IMG/VR virus record: IMGVR_UViG_3300048592_000232
Span: 1-60,804 of that record
DNA: 60,804 nucleotides
Reading direction: 5' to 3' (one strand)
Source of the DNA: a virus
Lineage: Duplodnaviria; Caudoviricetes
Under the pieces are notes generated by a model. The model did not search any database. It was not told the DNA's origin and saw only the letters and a program-made list of their open reading frames with translations. The position numbers and the translations under genes were made by a program. Below are positions 46,964 through 56,429 of the stretch, piece after piece. How positions within the stretch are numbered: the stretch's first letter is position 1; every line of letters begins with the position of its first letter.

Positions 46964-48049
46964 CTATGCACCTGTGGCGTGAATGATGCCGCTCTTGCCG
47001 TCTGCGCGTGCCTTGATCTTTGGCGCTGCGATGGTCATCACACGCCAGTTGACTTCCATGCCGTCACCCGTGCGCCACTCGCGCGTCATCGGCGCCAGCG
47101 TTTCCGCCCAGGTCACAACGTCGCTGCTCATCTGCACAAGCAAAACGTTTCCGTCCGCCAGCATCGGAGCCGGAACCTTCTTGATCTCACTGATCTGCTT
47201 GGTGCCGTCTGCGCCCATGCCAAAGGTGCGCTTGAGGCGCATCAGGGCAGTTTCCGCGCCGTTGCTGCCGTCGCTGAAATACGTCTGCGCCGCTTCGTCG
47301 TACTGCGTCTCGGACACATACAGGTTGTATGGCCCGTAGTGGCGATTCGTGTTGCTGGCCGAACGCAGCATCCCGGCGACTGTGGCGACGACGTTGGCCG
47401 GAGTGCCCCAATCACCGCCGCCAAAGCTGCCTACCGCCGCCGTGCTGCGGTTTGGATGCGTGGTGTAGCCGTACACGACGCTGCCCTGGAAGTTGACGCC
47501 GCTGTCCCCGTTGAACAGCATGTACTCCAGCGATTCAGCCACGACGCGCGCGGCTTCGATGGAGGTGGTTGTGTCGATGCCGTTGCCAAGCAGCCGGGAA
47601 GCCTCCAGGAAGCGCAGATCAACCGCGAATTCCTTGAAGGTCACGGGCAGGGGCACGCCGGCCTGGGTCATGTCGGGCAAGTCACGGTCGCCGCGAGAAC
47701 GCCCGGTCATGTTGCGCTGCGCAGCAGTGATTTCGCTCGACATGTACCATGTCGCCATCAACGTGCCGATGCTGCCGATCTGCTCGACCAACCCAGCAGC
47801 GCGCAAGTCAGCGACGCCGCCCAGTGGGTAACGCGCAGCAGGCAACACTGCCCGGTCGATAGCTTCCCACTCGTCCTCGAAAAGAACGGAGTTGACAATT
47901 GGCTGCCCGTTCGGGACAAGCACGCCGTCCTTGAGGCCGTAGCCGCTCAAGGCGACCAGTCCGTTTTCAGCCACGCCCAGCGGACGGTAGCTGTTGGTGA
48001 TGTGCTGTAGCGCGTCACGCCCTGCCATCACGTTTGCTCTGCTATTCAT
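46964..48049 (-). CDS. Major capsid protein (encapsulin/linocin-like HK97 fold)
   Basis: EWEAIDRAV, PLPVTFKEF, AARVVAESLEYMLFNG, YGYTTHPNR, GPYNLYV. Confidence 0.85.
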   Translation of the reverse strand: MNSRANVMAGRDALQHITNSYRPLGVAENGLVALSGYGLKDGVLVPNGQPIVNSVLFEDEWEAIDRAVLPAARYPLGGVADLRAAGLVEQIGSIGTLMATWYMSSEITAAQRNMTGRSRGDRDLPDMTQAGVPLPVTFKEFAVDLRFLEASRLLGNGIDTTTSIEAARVVAESLEYMLFNGDSGVNFQGSVVYGYTTHPNRSTAAVGSFGGGDWGTPANVVATVAGMLRSASNTNRHYGPYNLYVSETQYDEAAQTYFSDGSNGAETALMRLKRTFGMGADGTKQISEIKKVPAPMLADGNVLLVQMSSDVVTWAETLAPMTREWRTGDGMEVNWRVMTIAAPKIKARADGKSGIIHATGA

Positions 48050-48057
48050 GGTTCCTC

Positions 48058-48516
48058 CTACCCGATCCGAACTGTGACCAAAGCGGTTGCACCCGCGCCG
48101 GTCGTGGTTGCCACTTCGACAGTGCCGACGCGTGTACCGGAGGCAAGTTCGACTACCCAACCGCCCGTGTCCACTTCGACTTCGTCGCCGACTGCCAGGT
48201 TCTGCGACGCGGCCGCGACAAGCTGCACCAGGTCGCCCGGCAGCAGGTACATGTGCGGCACGAGTGCGCCGCTGGCATAGGCGGCCGTTGTCGCCGCGCC
48301 AGCGGACAGGTTGCCAGCGATGTACTTGTTCTCCGTCGCGACGATCCAGGGCCCGTCATGCGCGTCGCCAGCGCCATCTACGGCGCCAGCAGAAGTCTTG
48401 ACCAGCAGCAGACCGGGCACGATGTTTGCATCTGCCGCGACAGCTTCAAACGTCGGGCGGTCAAATGCCCCGTTCTGCTGCAAAACAATCACAGTGTTGC
48501 TTCGTGTGCGAGACAT
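48058..48516 (-). CDS. Capsid decoration/cement protein
   Basis: 152 aa, beta-rich, between scaffold and major capsid genes. Confidence 0.65.
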   Translation of the reverse strand: MSRTRSNTVIVLQQNGAFDRPTFEAVAADANIVPGLLLVKTSAGAVDGAGDAHDGPWIVATENKYIAGNLSAGAATTAAYASGALVPHMYLLPGDLVQLVAAASQNLAVGDEVEVDTGGWVVELASGTRVGTVEVATTTGAGATALVTVRIG

Positions 48517-49494
48517 CTACTTTTCCTCCGTTGGAGCAATGTAGGGCTTCAGCCCTGCCGGTTTGCGCTCCGTGCTTGCCGCACTGACCCCGGTGTAGTC
48601 GGCATTCGCCTTGACGCCGACGTTCGCCAGCTTTGCGAGCGCAGCGTTGGTCATGCCTGCCAGGTCTTCAGCCGTCAAGCCAAGCGCCTTGTTGCCGGTA
48701 ATGCGTGCGATCAGGTCGTCACGCTCCCGATTGACATTTGCGCGCAGACCGTCCAGCAGACTGCGCAGCGCATCCACGCCACCGAAGCTGTCGGCAAACG
48801 CCGTAAAAGCATCCGGCTGGCCGGTCGTCGATTCAGCCCCACTGACCTCGACCACCTCTTCGACTTGTTCCTCGTTCACTTCCACCTCCACTTCATCCTG
48901 TTGCGTTTCGTTCACCTGCATAGAAATGCCTCCGTTGGAATTGGTGCGACCGACGCCGCACCCGTCCTTGATTGAACATGCGCCGATTTCATCCAGCAGG
49001 ATCGCCAGATGGTCGGGGGTAATGTCTCTCTGTACGCCGAAGTATTGCGTACCCTCATGCTCACCGCCTACCGCTTCAATCTCACACCAGTAGGCAGTTG
49101 ACACCTCAATCTGTCGCCCGGCAGACAGCGCCGCCAAGATTGCCGAACCGCGCGCCGTAGCCTCACACTGCGCCACGTCGAACCACGCCTCGCCAAGCAG
49201 CTTGTCATCCTGCGCCTGCGCGCCGAACAGTTGCCCCAAGCCAAAGCGCGCCAGCGTGCATGGACAATTCGCCGTGACGTACATCCCTGCATCATCCTGC
49301 GGATGCCCATCCACCAGCGGACGCCCATTCCAGGCAAACGGGCGCTTTGCAATCTCCTCAGCAGGTAAGTACTGACCGTTCAGCACCTTCGCAATCACAG
49401 CCACCACCGGCGCGACGACATAGGAACGATCCCCAATGCGGTCGCTGCGCAGACTGTTTCCCGCTATCTCAAATTTGTGCGTGATGAGTTCCAT
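48517..49494 (-). CDS. DUF2213-type prohead protease/scaffold
   Basis: EVSTAY, PDHLAIL...GACS..DGCG; acidic C-terminal scaffold; own promoter TTGACA-17-TATTGT at 49567-49539. Confidence 0.8.
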   Translation of the reverse strand: MELITHKFEIAGNSLRSDRIGDRSYVVAPVVAVIAKVLNGQYLPAEEIAKRPFAWNGRPLVDGHPQDDAGMYVTANCPCTLARFGLGQLFGAQAQDDKLLGEAWFDVAQCEATARGSAILAALSAGRQIEVSTAYWCEIEAVGGEHEGTQYFGVQRDITPDHLAILLDEIGACSIKDGCGVGRTNSNGGISMQVNETQQDEVEVEVNEEQVEEVVEVSGAESTTGQPDAFTAFADSFGGVDALRSLLDGLRANVNRERDDLIARITGNKALGLTAEDLAGMTNAALAKLANVGVKANADYTGVSAASTERKPAGLKPYIAPTEEK

Positions 49495-49591
49495 GCTTGC
49501 CCCAATCGCAATGCACTTGACGTAAAAGTGGCATAACTACAATAGCAAGTATCAGCGGGCGTGTCAAATATCGTATTTAGTGATATTTGCC

Positions 49592-49639
49592 TATTGACAT
49601 TTGATTCGATGTCGTGTAAAGTAGGAGATGTAAGAGCGA
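49592..49639 (+). promoter_or_regulatory. Strong promoter, twin of 16072-16119
   Basis: TTGACA-17-TAAAGT followed by GTAAGAGCGAA. Confidence 0.8.
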
Positions 49640-49667
49640 AACAATTCAGGCAGTAAAGGAGAGAGTC

Positions 49668-49871
49668 ATGCCTACAATTACACTGGAAGGGAAGGTTTAT
49701 CGGGTTTTGGGAAACCAGACCCCGGAGACCGTCGAAGCGGAGGAGTTGCCGACCCAGGCGGCGCACTACCGCAAGATGGGCATTACGGACGTGTACAACC
49801 TGGCCGACAACACCGGCTGGTTTCACGCAACCGTCACTGTCAACGGCGTCGAAGTCGTGCGCATCGGGTAG
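49668..49871 (+). CDS. Small hypothetical protein (moron gene 1)
   Basis: RBS AAAGGAG. Confidence 0.65.
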   Translation: MPTITLEGKVYRVLGNQTPETVEAEELPTQAAHYRKMGITDVYNLADNTGWFHATVTVNGVEVVRIG

Positions 49872-49878
49872 GTGCGAC

Positions 49879-50055
49879 ATGACACAGACAGCCACGCTCG
49901 TGTTCGACCTGCCAGTTTCCCTCAACTGGCAGGTGTGGGAAGAAGAGCCGGAAATGATGCAGGGAGAAGCGGAGGAACTGCCTATTGAAGATGAGATTTT
50001 TGAAGAAGAGTACGGTATCGAAGACGACTACGATTGGATCAGGCGAGGGTGCTGA
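49879..50055 (+). CDS. 58-aa highly acidic protein (moron gene 2)
   Basis: Manual translation MTQTATLVFDLPVSLNWQVWEEEPEMMQGEAEELPIEDEIFEEEYGIEDDYDWIRRGC; 18 D/E vs 2 R. Confidence 0.6.
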   Translation: MTQTATLVFDLPVSLNWQVWEEEPEMMQGEAEELPIEDEIFEEEYGIEDDYDWIRRGC

Positions 50056-50056
50056 C

Positions 50057-50242
50057 ATGAGCAAAGAACAAGTTGAACGGGTGTCAGCCCTCAGCCACTT
50101 CAAAAACTACGTGCCGCCTGTGGATGACTACGAGTTTGGCGGATACGTACAGCAGTACGGGCTAGGCAGGCAGTATTGCAGCAACGACATACAGCGCAAG
50201 GGCTTCGATGATGCGGAAAGAAAAGTAAAGGAGGTAGAGTAA
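50057..50242 (+). CDS. Small hypothetical protein (moron gene 3)
   Basis: RBS GAGGG; followed by terminator. Confidence 0.6.
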   Translation: MSKEQVERVSALSHFKNYVPPVDDYEFGGYVQQYGLGRQYCSNDIQRKGFDDAERKVKEVE

Positions 50243-50248
50243 ATTACC

Positions 50249-50290
50249 AGCCCGGCAGTCATTGAAGGTTGACTGCCGGGCTTTTTGTTT
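50249..50290 (+). terminator. Intrinsic terminator between convergent genes
   Basis: agcccggcagtc-loop-gactgccgggct then TTTTGTTT. Confidence 0.8.
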
Positions 50291-50789
50291 GGCGCACCCC
50301 TGCCAGCACCAGCGACAATCGTTCCAACACTTCGTCTGAATCGTGACCGTCAAAAGTGCTGTACCGTTCGACTTCCGGCACTTTCACCAACTCCCAAAGC
50401 TCCATAGGCAGATGATAAGAAATGTCGCCATAGTCCGAAACGATGACGCCGACGAACCAACCCGGATGCTCTGATCCGTCGTCATGCTTGCGCGTCTTGA
50501 ATGCCCGCTCGCTTTTCAGATTCATCAGCCACGCAAATAGCCGACAGCGATGATCGTAAAGCTCATGGAACGTATGATAGCCGTCGCTGATAATGTCCGT
50601 CCTGCGATGCAGCACCGGCTTTCCCTGATCCATCTCGTAGTAGTAGCCCGCCTTGCTTGCCAGCCGTGCTATCGTCATGTAGGCGTTGTGCCCGCCCGTA
50701 CCGTGTGCAAATTGCGTGGCGTAAAGCAAAGACAGCAACACTTCTTTTTCTTGCCGGTCATCCAACTGAGTCAGTTTGTCGAAGTTCAT
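50259..50789 (-). CDS. WDGH-like domain phage protein
   Basis: SDGYHTFHELYDHR..LF; ISYHLP; FDGH...V.ERL. Confidence 0.7.
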   Translation of the reverse strand: MNFDKLTQLDDRQEKEVLLSLLYATQFAHGTGGHNAYMTIARLASKAGYYYEMDQGKPVLHRRTDIISDGYHTFHELYDHRCRLFAWLMNLKSERAFKTRKHDDGSEHPGWFVGVIVSDYGDISYHLPMELWELVKVPEVERYSTFDGHDSDEVLERLSLVLAGVRQTKSPAVNLQ

Positions 50790-51612
50790 TGCTCACTTGC
50801 CTCTCCGTCTCCGTCATAACGCTTGAAACTTCCGCCGAACCGCATGATTCACAACTAGACGCCTTGATACTGCGCCATCTGCCGCAGTGCGCACACCGAA
50901 CCCATGCGACCGGCTCAACAGGCATTAGCGGCATTGGTGGGACACGTAACCCCATCACTTGCCTCCCTGTTCCGCCAGCGCCGCCAACACCACCGGCGCA
51001 TCTTCCCGGCGCACGAACACCATACTGCCCGTCAACGCCTTTTCAATGGCGCCTTCAACCGGCTCCGGTTTGCTGTACTGCAAGAGCACATTCTCGCAGT
51101 AGACCACGCCTGACGGCCTGCGCCCGATACGTGACGCTTCAGTCCAAGGCCCCGTCACAATTCACTCCAAGCCGCTTCATCCTGCGCTGACAGCCACGTA
51201 GTTGATAACGACGCATCGTCAGCAAGCACATTGGCGCACGAAGTTGCGTACAGGGGCTGCAACCGCGGCGCTATCGAATCCGGCTCGGCTGGTAGGCGTG
51301 GCGACGGGTCGCAATGGCAATAGCGCGACATTGCCTCCAAGCAAGCAACTCTCCGTTCTAGCTCCGCAACTCTTTCTTCTAGGTTTGCGATCCTTTGCTT
51401 CTTCTTCATGCCGCGCCGCTCCCATTCACCAGCCGATGCACCAGCGATTCGAGATGCCGCACGCGCCGCTCTAGCGAATCAATGCGCCGCTGTGCCTTTT
51501 CCGGCCACGCCTCCACCCGCTTTTCTTCCGGCACGTAGGCGTGAAGCTGCCCAGGGATCGTGCATTCGTCATCCATCATATCGACCAAAGCACCCTCTCC
51601 CATTGTCACCAC
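50758..51612 (-). CDS. Run of four small coupled hypothetical genes (51406-51612, 51155-51409, 50955-51158, 50758-50958)
   Basis: Overlapping start/stop codons; the last has a zinc ribbon. Confidence 0.5.
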
Positions 51613-51788
51613 TCCTGTTCTGGCACTTCTACATGACTGTCGATCCGCTCCTGCTGCCTCCCAATGATTTGGTGCAGGGTTTCCCGTTCCCGCTCTGACC
51701 GCACCATCAGCCAGAAAACGCCGTTCGCACCGATGACCAGACCGGTGCAGAAGATGATCACGCCCAGCAGCATTCCATCTTGCATTGT

Positions 51789-52250
51789 CTACTCCAATCC
51801 CCTACGCAATGCCGATTCGACTTCACGAATAATGAACGAACGATTCCGCTCCAGGACATCCTCGTCTGTCTGCCAGATGCCCCGGTGAATGTTCGCTTGA
51901 AACTTCCTGGATTGCACCCACGCTGCGTACTGCGTCTGGTTGAACACAACCGCGCCGTACTGCCCCATTACGCCGTCAGTAAAGCGCCACGTCCACGCCC
52001 TGCCAAGCTGCCCGCTGCGCTGCCACGCGCCGCCGTTCTCACGCATCTTGGCAAAGAAGGCACGACGCTGCGCCGGGGTCGCCCTCGCCATGAATGACCC
52101 CGGTGGACGCTCCGGGTACACCTTCATTTCCTCCTCGATACGCAGCGCCGCATTGCGCAGCCCAGGACGAATCATCGCGCCGACGCGCCGACTCAGCAGG
52201 CTCTGCGCCGCTTCCATCCCCTTGATCTCAAAAGAGACTACAGAGTCCAT
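51789..52250 (-). CDS. HK97 gp10-like neck/tail completion protein
   Basis: RSGQLGRAW...NQTQYAAWV. Confidence 0.6.
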   Translation of the reverse strand: MDSVVSFEIKGMEAAQSLLSRRVGAMIRPGLRNAALRIEEEMKVYPERPPGSFMARATPAQRRAFFAKMRENGGAWQRSGQLGRAWTWRFTDGVMGQYGAVVFNQTQYAAWVQSRKFQANIHRGIWQTDEDVLERNRSFIIREVESALRRGLE

Positions 52251-53020
52251 ATTGACCGTCCTCTCACGGGCCCCGCATCACCGATGACTTCCAAGTGTCG
52301 AGGCTGGCAGATCGGGCACACCCGATCATCTACTACCGTGTACCAGACATAAGACAGCCGCCCGCTTTCCTGCGCCACGCCCACGAAGCAGCGACACCCA
52401 GGGTGTGCGGGGGGCCTGTCCGCTGGGCGCGGCGCCAGCCCGATGGCCTCGTAGTAGTCGAACGCTCCTTCGGTGAAAGCAAAGGTTGATTCCGTGACGG
52501 CGATCAGCTTGGCGCGCTCAAGGCCGAACAGGCCCGGCGCTTGCAGCCGGTCGCGCAAATCGCTGATCGGCGCACCGGAGGCAATCCATGCCGCAATTTC
52601 ATCACGCAATCTTTGCCGTGTCGTCTCGTTGATGCGCGTCACCAGCGCAGCGGAGTACTGTTCCGCCCAGCGTATCGCCCACTCGTGACGATACGCCCCA
52701 TAGCCCGGCATAGTTGGCCACGCCGCCGCCGCCAACTGAGACCCGCCGACAGCCGCATCGACCAACAATCGAAGCAGCGCAATTTGCAGCACGTCAGACT
52801 GCGCATCCACCGAACGCAGCGCCGCGCCCACGTCGAAGCCGACGCCGAGCAACACATCACCCGGCGATAACACGATGCCAGCCTCCATCGTCGCCAGCGC
52901 GCCGGCCACCTCCCGCGTCCCTTCCGCTGCGTAGCCGTCCAGGACACTCTGCCACTGCGCCGGGTCGATCAGCAGGCTATCTTCACGGATACGTTGCCCA
53001 GCGGCGTAGAAATTCCGCAT
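52238..53020 (-). CDS. Minor head protein (SPP1 gp7/MuF-like)
   Basis: INETTR, RAKLIAVTES, PPAHPGCRC, W.TVVDDRVCPIC. Confidence 0.85.
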   Translation of the reverse strand: MRNFYAAGQRIREDSLLIDPAQWQSVLDGYAAEGTREVAGALATMEAGIVLSPGDVLLGVGFDVGAALRSVDAQSDVLQIALLRLLVDAAVGGSQLAAAAWPTMPGYGAYRHEWAIRWAEQYSAALVTRINETTRQRLRDEIAAWIASGAPISDLRDRLQAPGLFGLERAKLIAVTESTFAFTEGAFDYYEAIGLAPRPADRPPAHPGCRCFVGVAQESGRLSYVWYTVVDDRVCPICQPRHLEVIGDAGPVRGRSIWTL

Positions 53021-54425
53021 TGACCTTTGCCTCCTGTTCATCTTCCGATGTCTGTTCCGGCTGTTCCGGCTCAAGTTCCGGCTGTTCCGGCTCAAGTTCC
53101 GGCTGTTCCGGCTCGTTGCTGACGGCGTCTTCCGGCAAGTCAGGCAGGTAGACGGCAACGAACGCCTTTGCATCCACCTGCGCGCCGATTTTCTGGAGTG
53201 CGCTGGCTGCCTTGTCTGCCCGCTCTACCGCTTCGCTTGGGTTGTCGCCTAGCAGCGGCTCCCAATTGCACACGTAGCGCCCGGTAGCCGGTTGCGGCAA
53301 GACGCCAGCCCACCGCAAGCGATTGACCACAGGCCGCACGAGGATCGGCTCTGCGAAGGTGCTGCGCCGCGCGTCAATCTTGTTCGACCAGTTCTTTTCA
53401 TCCTGAGAGGATGCAAGCTCGCCGCGCTCACTGCCGGTCAGCAGCCGAACAGGAATGCCGGTCGCCGCGCTGACCATCTTAATGTACGCGTCCAGCGCGC
53501 CGTTAGGGTCGCTCATCTGCACATCTTCCCAGTGCGGCTCCAGCCCTTCCAGTGCCACGGCGCGACGCAGACCGTGCACAAGTTCGTCAATCTGTCCCTC
53601 CTGCTTGTCCAGCGCCGCCTGCAATGCCGTCCGCATGTCTTCCGGCATGGAGGGGTCAGGGTTGGGCAACTGATAGCCGTCCTTCGTCGCGAAGATGACG
53701 CTTGGATTCATCAGCCGCCAGCCACCTTCGCCCGTGGCCGCCATGATCTTCTCGATGTCGAGCAAGCGGTTGTAGATCGAGCGCAGTCTCGGCTGGCCTA
53801 GCAGGTCGTTTGTCAGCGGCTTCTCGGCCACGTGCACGCAGCGTGTCCAGTGCGCAAAGCGGATGTCAATCTTCTCACCGTTCGTGACCTTGAGGTTATA
53901 GCCGACCGGCTTGCCGTAACGCCGATTGCTTGCGTCTGTCTCGTAGGCGGCAATGCCCGCCTGTTCCTCGGAGTATACCGACAGGTACATCAAGTCACCT
54001 TCCGCCATGCTGCCCGGTCTCACCGGCTCCGATAGCGGCTGCCCATCCGCAAAGCCCAGCAGCAGCACGGCGTAGCGCCCCATGCCCGCCACCACGTCAG
54101 TGCGCTGAAGGTAGTGCGTAATGCCGGGTCTGGTATCGCCGTCCTCCGACTCTTGCGTAACAAGCAAATCCAGCCACGCTTGCTCAAAAATCGAAAGCTC
54201 CGTCTCCTCGTTCTCTTGCAGTTCCAGCGCGCCGCGCCACGTTTCCTCTGCGTAGATTTCGATAACACGCTGCGCGATGTCCTGCCGCTCGTAGCGATCC
54301 AGGTAATCGCTCGCCGTCAATGCCCGCGGGTATCCCGCGGCCTCGAAGACATCACGCTTGCCGCCAAACGTGGCGCGCGTGCTGAAGAAGCGTTCCGCCA
54401 AAAGTCCGTTCAACTTGTATCTCAT
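52983..54425 (-). CDS. Portal protein (DUF1073-type)
   Basis: Follows terminase; ATGIPVRLLTGSERGELASSQD; C-terminal EPEQPEL repeats (21-bp units, 53054-53113). Confidence 0.85.
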   Translation of the reverse strand: MRYKLNGLLAERFFSTRATFGGKRDVFEAAGYPRALTASDYLDRYERQDIAQRVIEIYAEETWRGALELQENEETELSIFEQAWLDLLVTQESEDGDTRPGITHYLQRTDVVAGMGRYAVLLLGFADGQPLSEPVRPGSMAEGDLMYLSVYSEEQAGIAAYETDASNRRYGKPVGYNLKVTNGEKIDIRFAHWTRCVHVAEKPLTNDLLGQPRLRSIYNRLLDIEKIMAATGEGGWRLMNPSVIFATKDGYQLPNPDPSMPEDMRTALQAALDKQEGQIDELVHGLRRAVALEGLEPHWEDVQMSDPNGALDAYIKMVSAATGIPVRLLTGSERGELASSQDEKNWSNKIDARRSTFAEPILVRPVVNRLRWAGVLPQPATGRYVCNWEPLLGDNPSEAVERADKAASALQKIGAQVDAKAFVAVYLPDLPEDAVSNEPEQPELEPEQPELEPEQPEQTSEDEQEAKVNAEFLRRWATYP

Positions 54426-55864
54426 GCCGCCCCCGTTGTTTTTACTGTGCTGACCAATTGCACCCTGGCACGGTCTGCCAAGGCGACACTATCGGCAAGG
54501 TCATCGTGCGCGCCGCCTGGCGCCCGTAACGTCGCCCCTTCAATTGATGAAAGCTGCATGTACGACTCGAAGGTATGCAGGATGATGTTCCGGTCACGCA
54601 GCGATTCCGCTACGCCTGAATACATCAATGCCTTGCCCAGGGAGTTGGACAACCAGCCCGGCTTTTCTGCGATGCCCCTTTTCCCGCCGTCATGCCCTTC
54701 CAGAATTTTGATTCTGCTGTTCTGCCGAAACCACAAAATGAATGCATGTCCGTGATTGTTGCGCTCTGGCAACACTGCCGCCCACCGGAAATACTTGGCA
54801 AGCTCATCAACGTAGGCGGCAAAGGTGTCGATCTCGAATCGACCCGTCAGCGATGCGACTTCCTCCCCGCTCTCAAATTCCAACACGGTCGCCGCCGATG
54901 GGTCACTCGTTGGGTTGCCTTCCGCCGTGTCTACGCCAATGACGTAGGTTGTGCCGGGTTGCGGGTAGGCGTAGACCGTCAACCCCGGAATGGAAGGAAT
55001 GCCGCTGCGCAATGGCGCCGCTTCCACGTAGCACTGTTCCAGCCATTCGCCGGGAATGCGCTTGTCGAGGCTGCGCGGGGAGAGCGCCTGCGTGTCGGTT
55101 TCCGGGTACTCCTGATACAGGTCGTCAAGCGATCCCGTGTTGGCCTTGGTATCCCTTGCCTGCGCATCGTACCATTCCCGCGTGCGCCCCGGTCGAGCGT
55201 GCCACGGCAGAAAAACGCCGTGCCATTCATTCAACTTGGCTTTGGCTGCCCGGTAGGTGTTCTTGAATCTCGATTCAGGCAAACTCTTGTCCGAGGTGGA
55301 AAGCAAAATCATCCTGCCGCCGCCGTCAATCGCCGGTTTCGATGCCCGCATCAAAGCATCCAAATCAGGCTGAAAGTCAGCCTCATCGACCAGCACCAGG
55401 GAGAAGGTGTAGGATCGCCCGCCTGTCGTGGCGAAAGCCATTGCCGTAGAGCCGTTACTGAGTCGCCACCGGCTCTTGTTATCCTCCGCTATCCGCTCCG
55501 CACGCATCCAGACCGGCAATCGCTCGTACATCCCCTTCAAGCGAAAGTCAAGCAGTTCTTTGGCGTCCGTCTCAATGCGGCTGAAGATGCCGATCACCGA
55601 CGCCGGGCGAAAGAGCATCAACCACAGACAGAAGCCCAACGCCAACCAGGTCAGCCCCAACTGACGCGCCTTGAGCACGATCACCAGCCTGTGATCGTCC
55701 ATCTGGTAGAGCACGTCTCGCTGCGTAGGCCACAGCGAAAACTGCATCCACTGTTCTTCGTTGGCGTTGAATACCCAACAGTACCGATGCACGAAGTAGC
55801 CAACATCGGCGTAGCAGCGCGCCCACTCTGCCGCCTGCTCCCAGGACAAATCACTGCGCAGCAT
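54422..55864 (-). CDS. Terminase large subunit
   Basis: LKARQLGLTW, LVDEADF, QEYP, GVDTAEG, ERNNHG, HDDLADS. Confidence 0.93.
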   Translation of the reverse strand: MLRSDLSWEQAAEWARCYADVGYFVHRYCWVFNANEEQWMQFSLWPTQRDVLYQMDDHRLVIVLKARQLGLTWLALGFCLWLMLFRPASVIGIFSRIETDAKELLDFRLKGMYERLPVWMRAERIAEDNKSRWRLSNGSTAMAFATTGGRSYTFSLVLVDEADFQPDLDALMRASKPAIDGGGRMILLSTSDKSLPESRFKNTYRAAKAKLNEWHGVFLPWHARPGRTREWYDAQARDTKANTGSLDDLYQEYPETDTQALSPRSLDKRIPGEWLEQCYVEAAPLRSGIPSIPGLTVYAYPQPGTTYVIGVDTAEGNPTSDPSAATVLEFESGEEVASLTGRFEIDTFAAYVDELAKYFRWAAVLPERNNHGHAFILWFRQNSRIKILEGHDGGKRGIAEKPGWLSNSLGKALMYSGVAESLRDRNIILHTFESYMQLSSIEGATLRAPGGAHDDLADSVALADRARVQLVSTVKTTGAA

Positions 55865-56378
55865 CGTCGATCATCTTGCCGCGCTGCTTCATGGCCTCCG
55901 TCACCAACGCCGCCATTGTGTCCGAGTTCACACTGACGGTGCGCTTGCCGCCGTCCGCTTCGTCCAGCATCTGCAAAGCCGCTCGATCCAAAATGGAGTT
56001 GGCAGCGGCAAGGCGAATTTTTGGATCATCACTCGCCAGCAGGTTAAACAACTCATCTCCCGCCGCCCTTGCCGCCGTTGCCAGGCTGCGCTTTGCCGCG
56101 CGCAGATTCTCCAGCGACTCCCGATCCATGTAAGCGAATGCGAGCCGCTCAACCTCTTCAAGCACCTCTTTGAAGATAGGGTCTTCTTCCATCCAACGAT
56201 AATATGCCCCTTCGCTGCATGGACGATCTGACGACGCCCACAACTGCGTCAAGGAAATGCCGCTCGTGCGCGCTGTCACAACGGCCAAAATCGCCGAGCG
56301 TTTCTTCCGGCTCGCCCCATCCTTGAGACGATCCAGAACTCGTATGACTTCACTTTCCCACGGCGGTTGCTTGTTCAT
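55851..56378 (-). CDS. Terminase small subunit
   Basis: HTH-like N-part (AYYRW...F), RLAAANSILDR; promoter TTGACG-18-TATTTT upstream. Confidence 0.7.
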   Translation of the reverse strand: MNKQPPWESEVIRVLDRLKDGASRKKRSAILAVVTARTSGISLTQLWASSDRPCSEGAYYRWMEEDPIFKEVLEEVERLAFAYMDRESLENLRAAKRSLATAARAAGDELFNLLASDDPKIRLAAANSILDRAALQMLDEADGGKRTVSVNSDTMAALVTEAMKQRGKMIDDAAQ

Positions 56379-56429
56379 ATTGCCTCTCAATTTTATTGAC
56401 TACTAACAAAAATATCACCCAAACCGCTA

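Noticed and set aside
46964-48049. Encapsulin nanocompartment or bacteriocin
   Set aside because: Embedded in a complete head module, so it is the major capsid protein
53054-53113. 21-bp tandem repeat in the portal tail as a regulatory array
   Set aside because: Explained by slippage in a disordered EPEQPEL C-terminus; no spread into neighbouring genes
52983-54425. Anti-CBASS Acb1 label sometimes attached to DUF1073 proteins
   Set aside because: Size, motifs and position between terminase and minor head gene indicate a portal; no Acb1 phosphoesterase domain is evident
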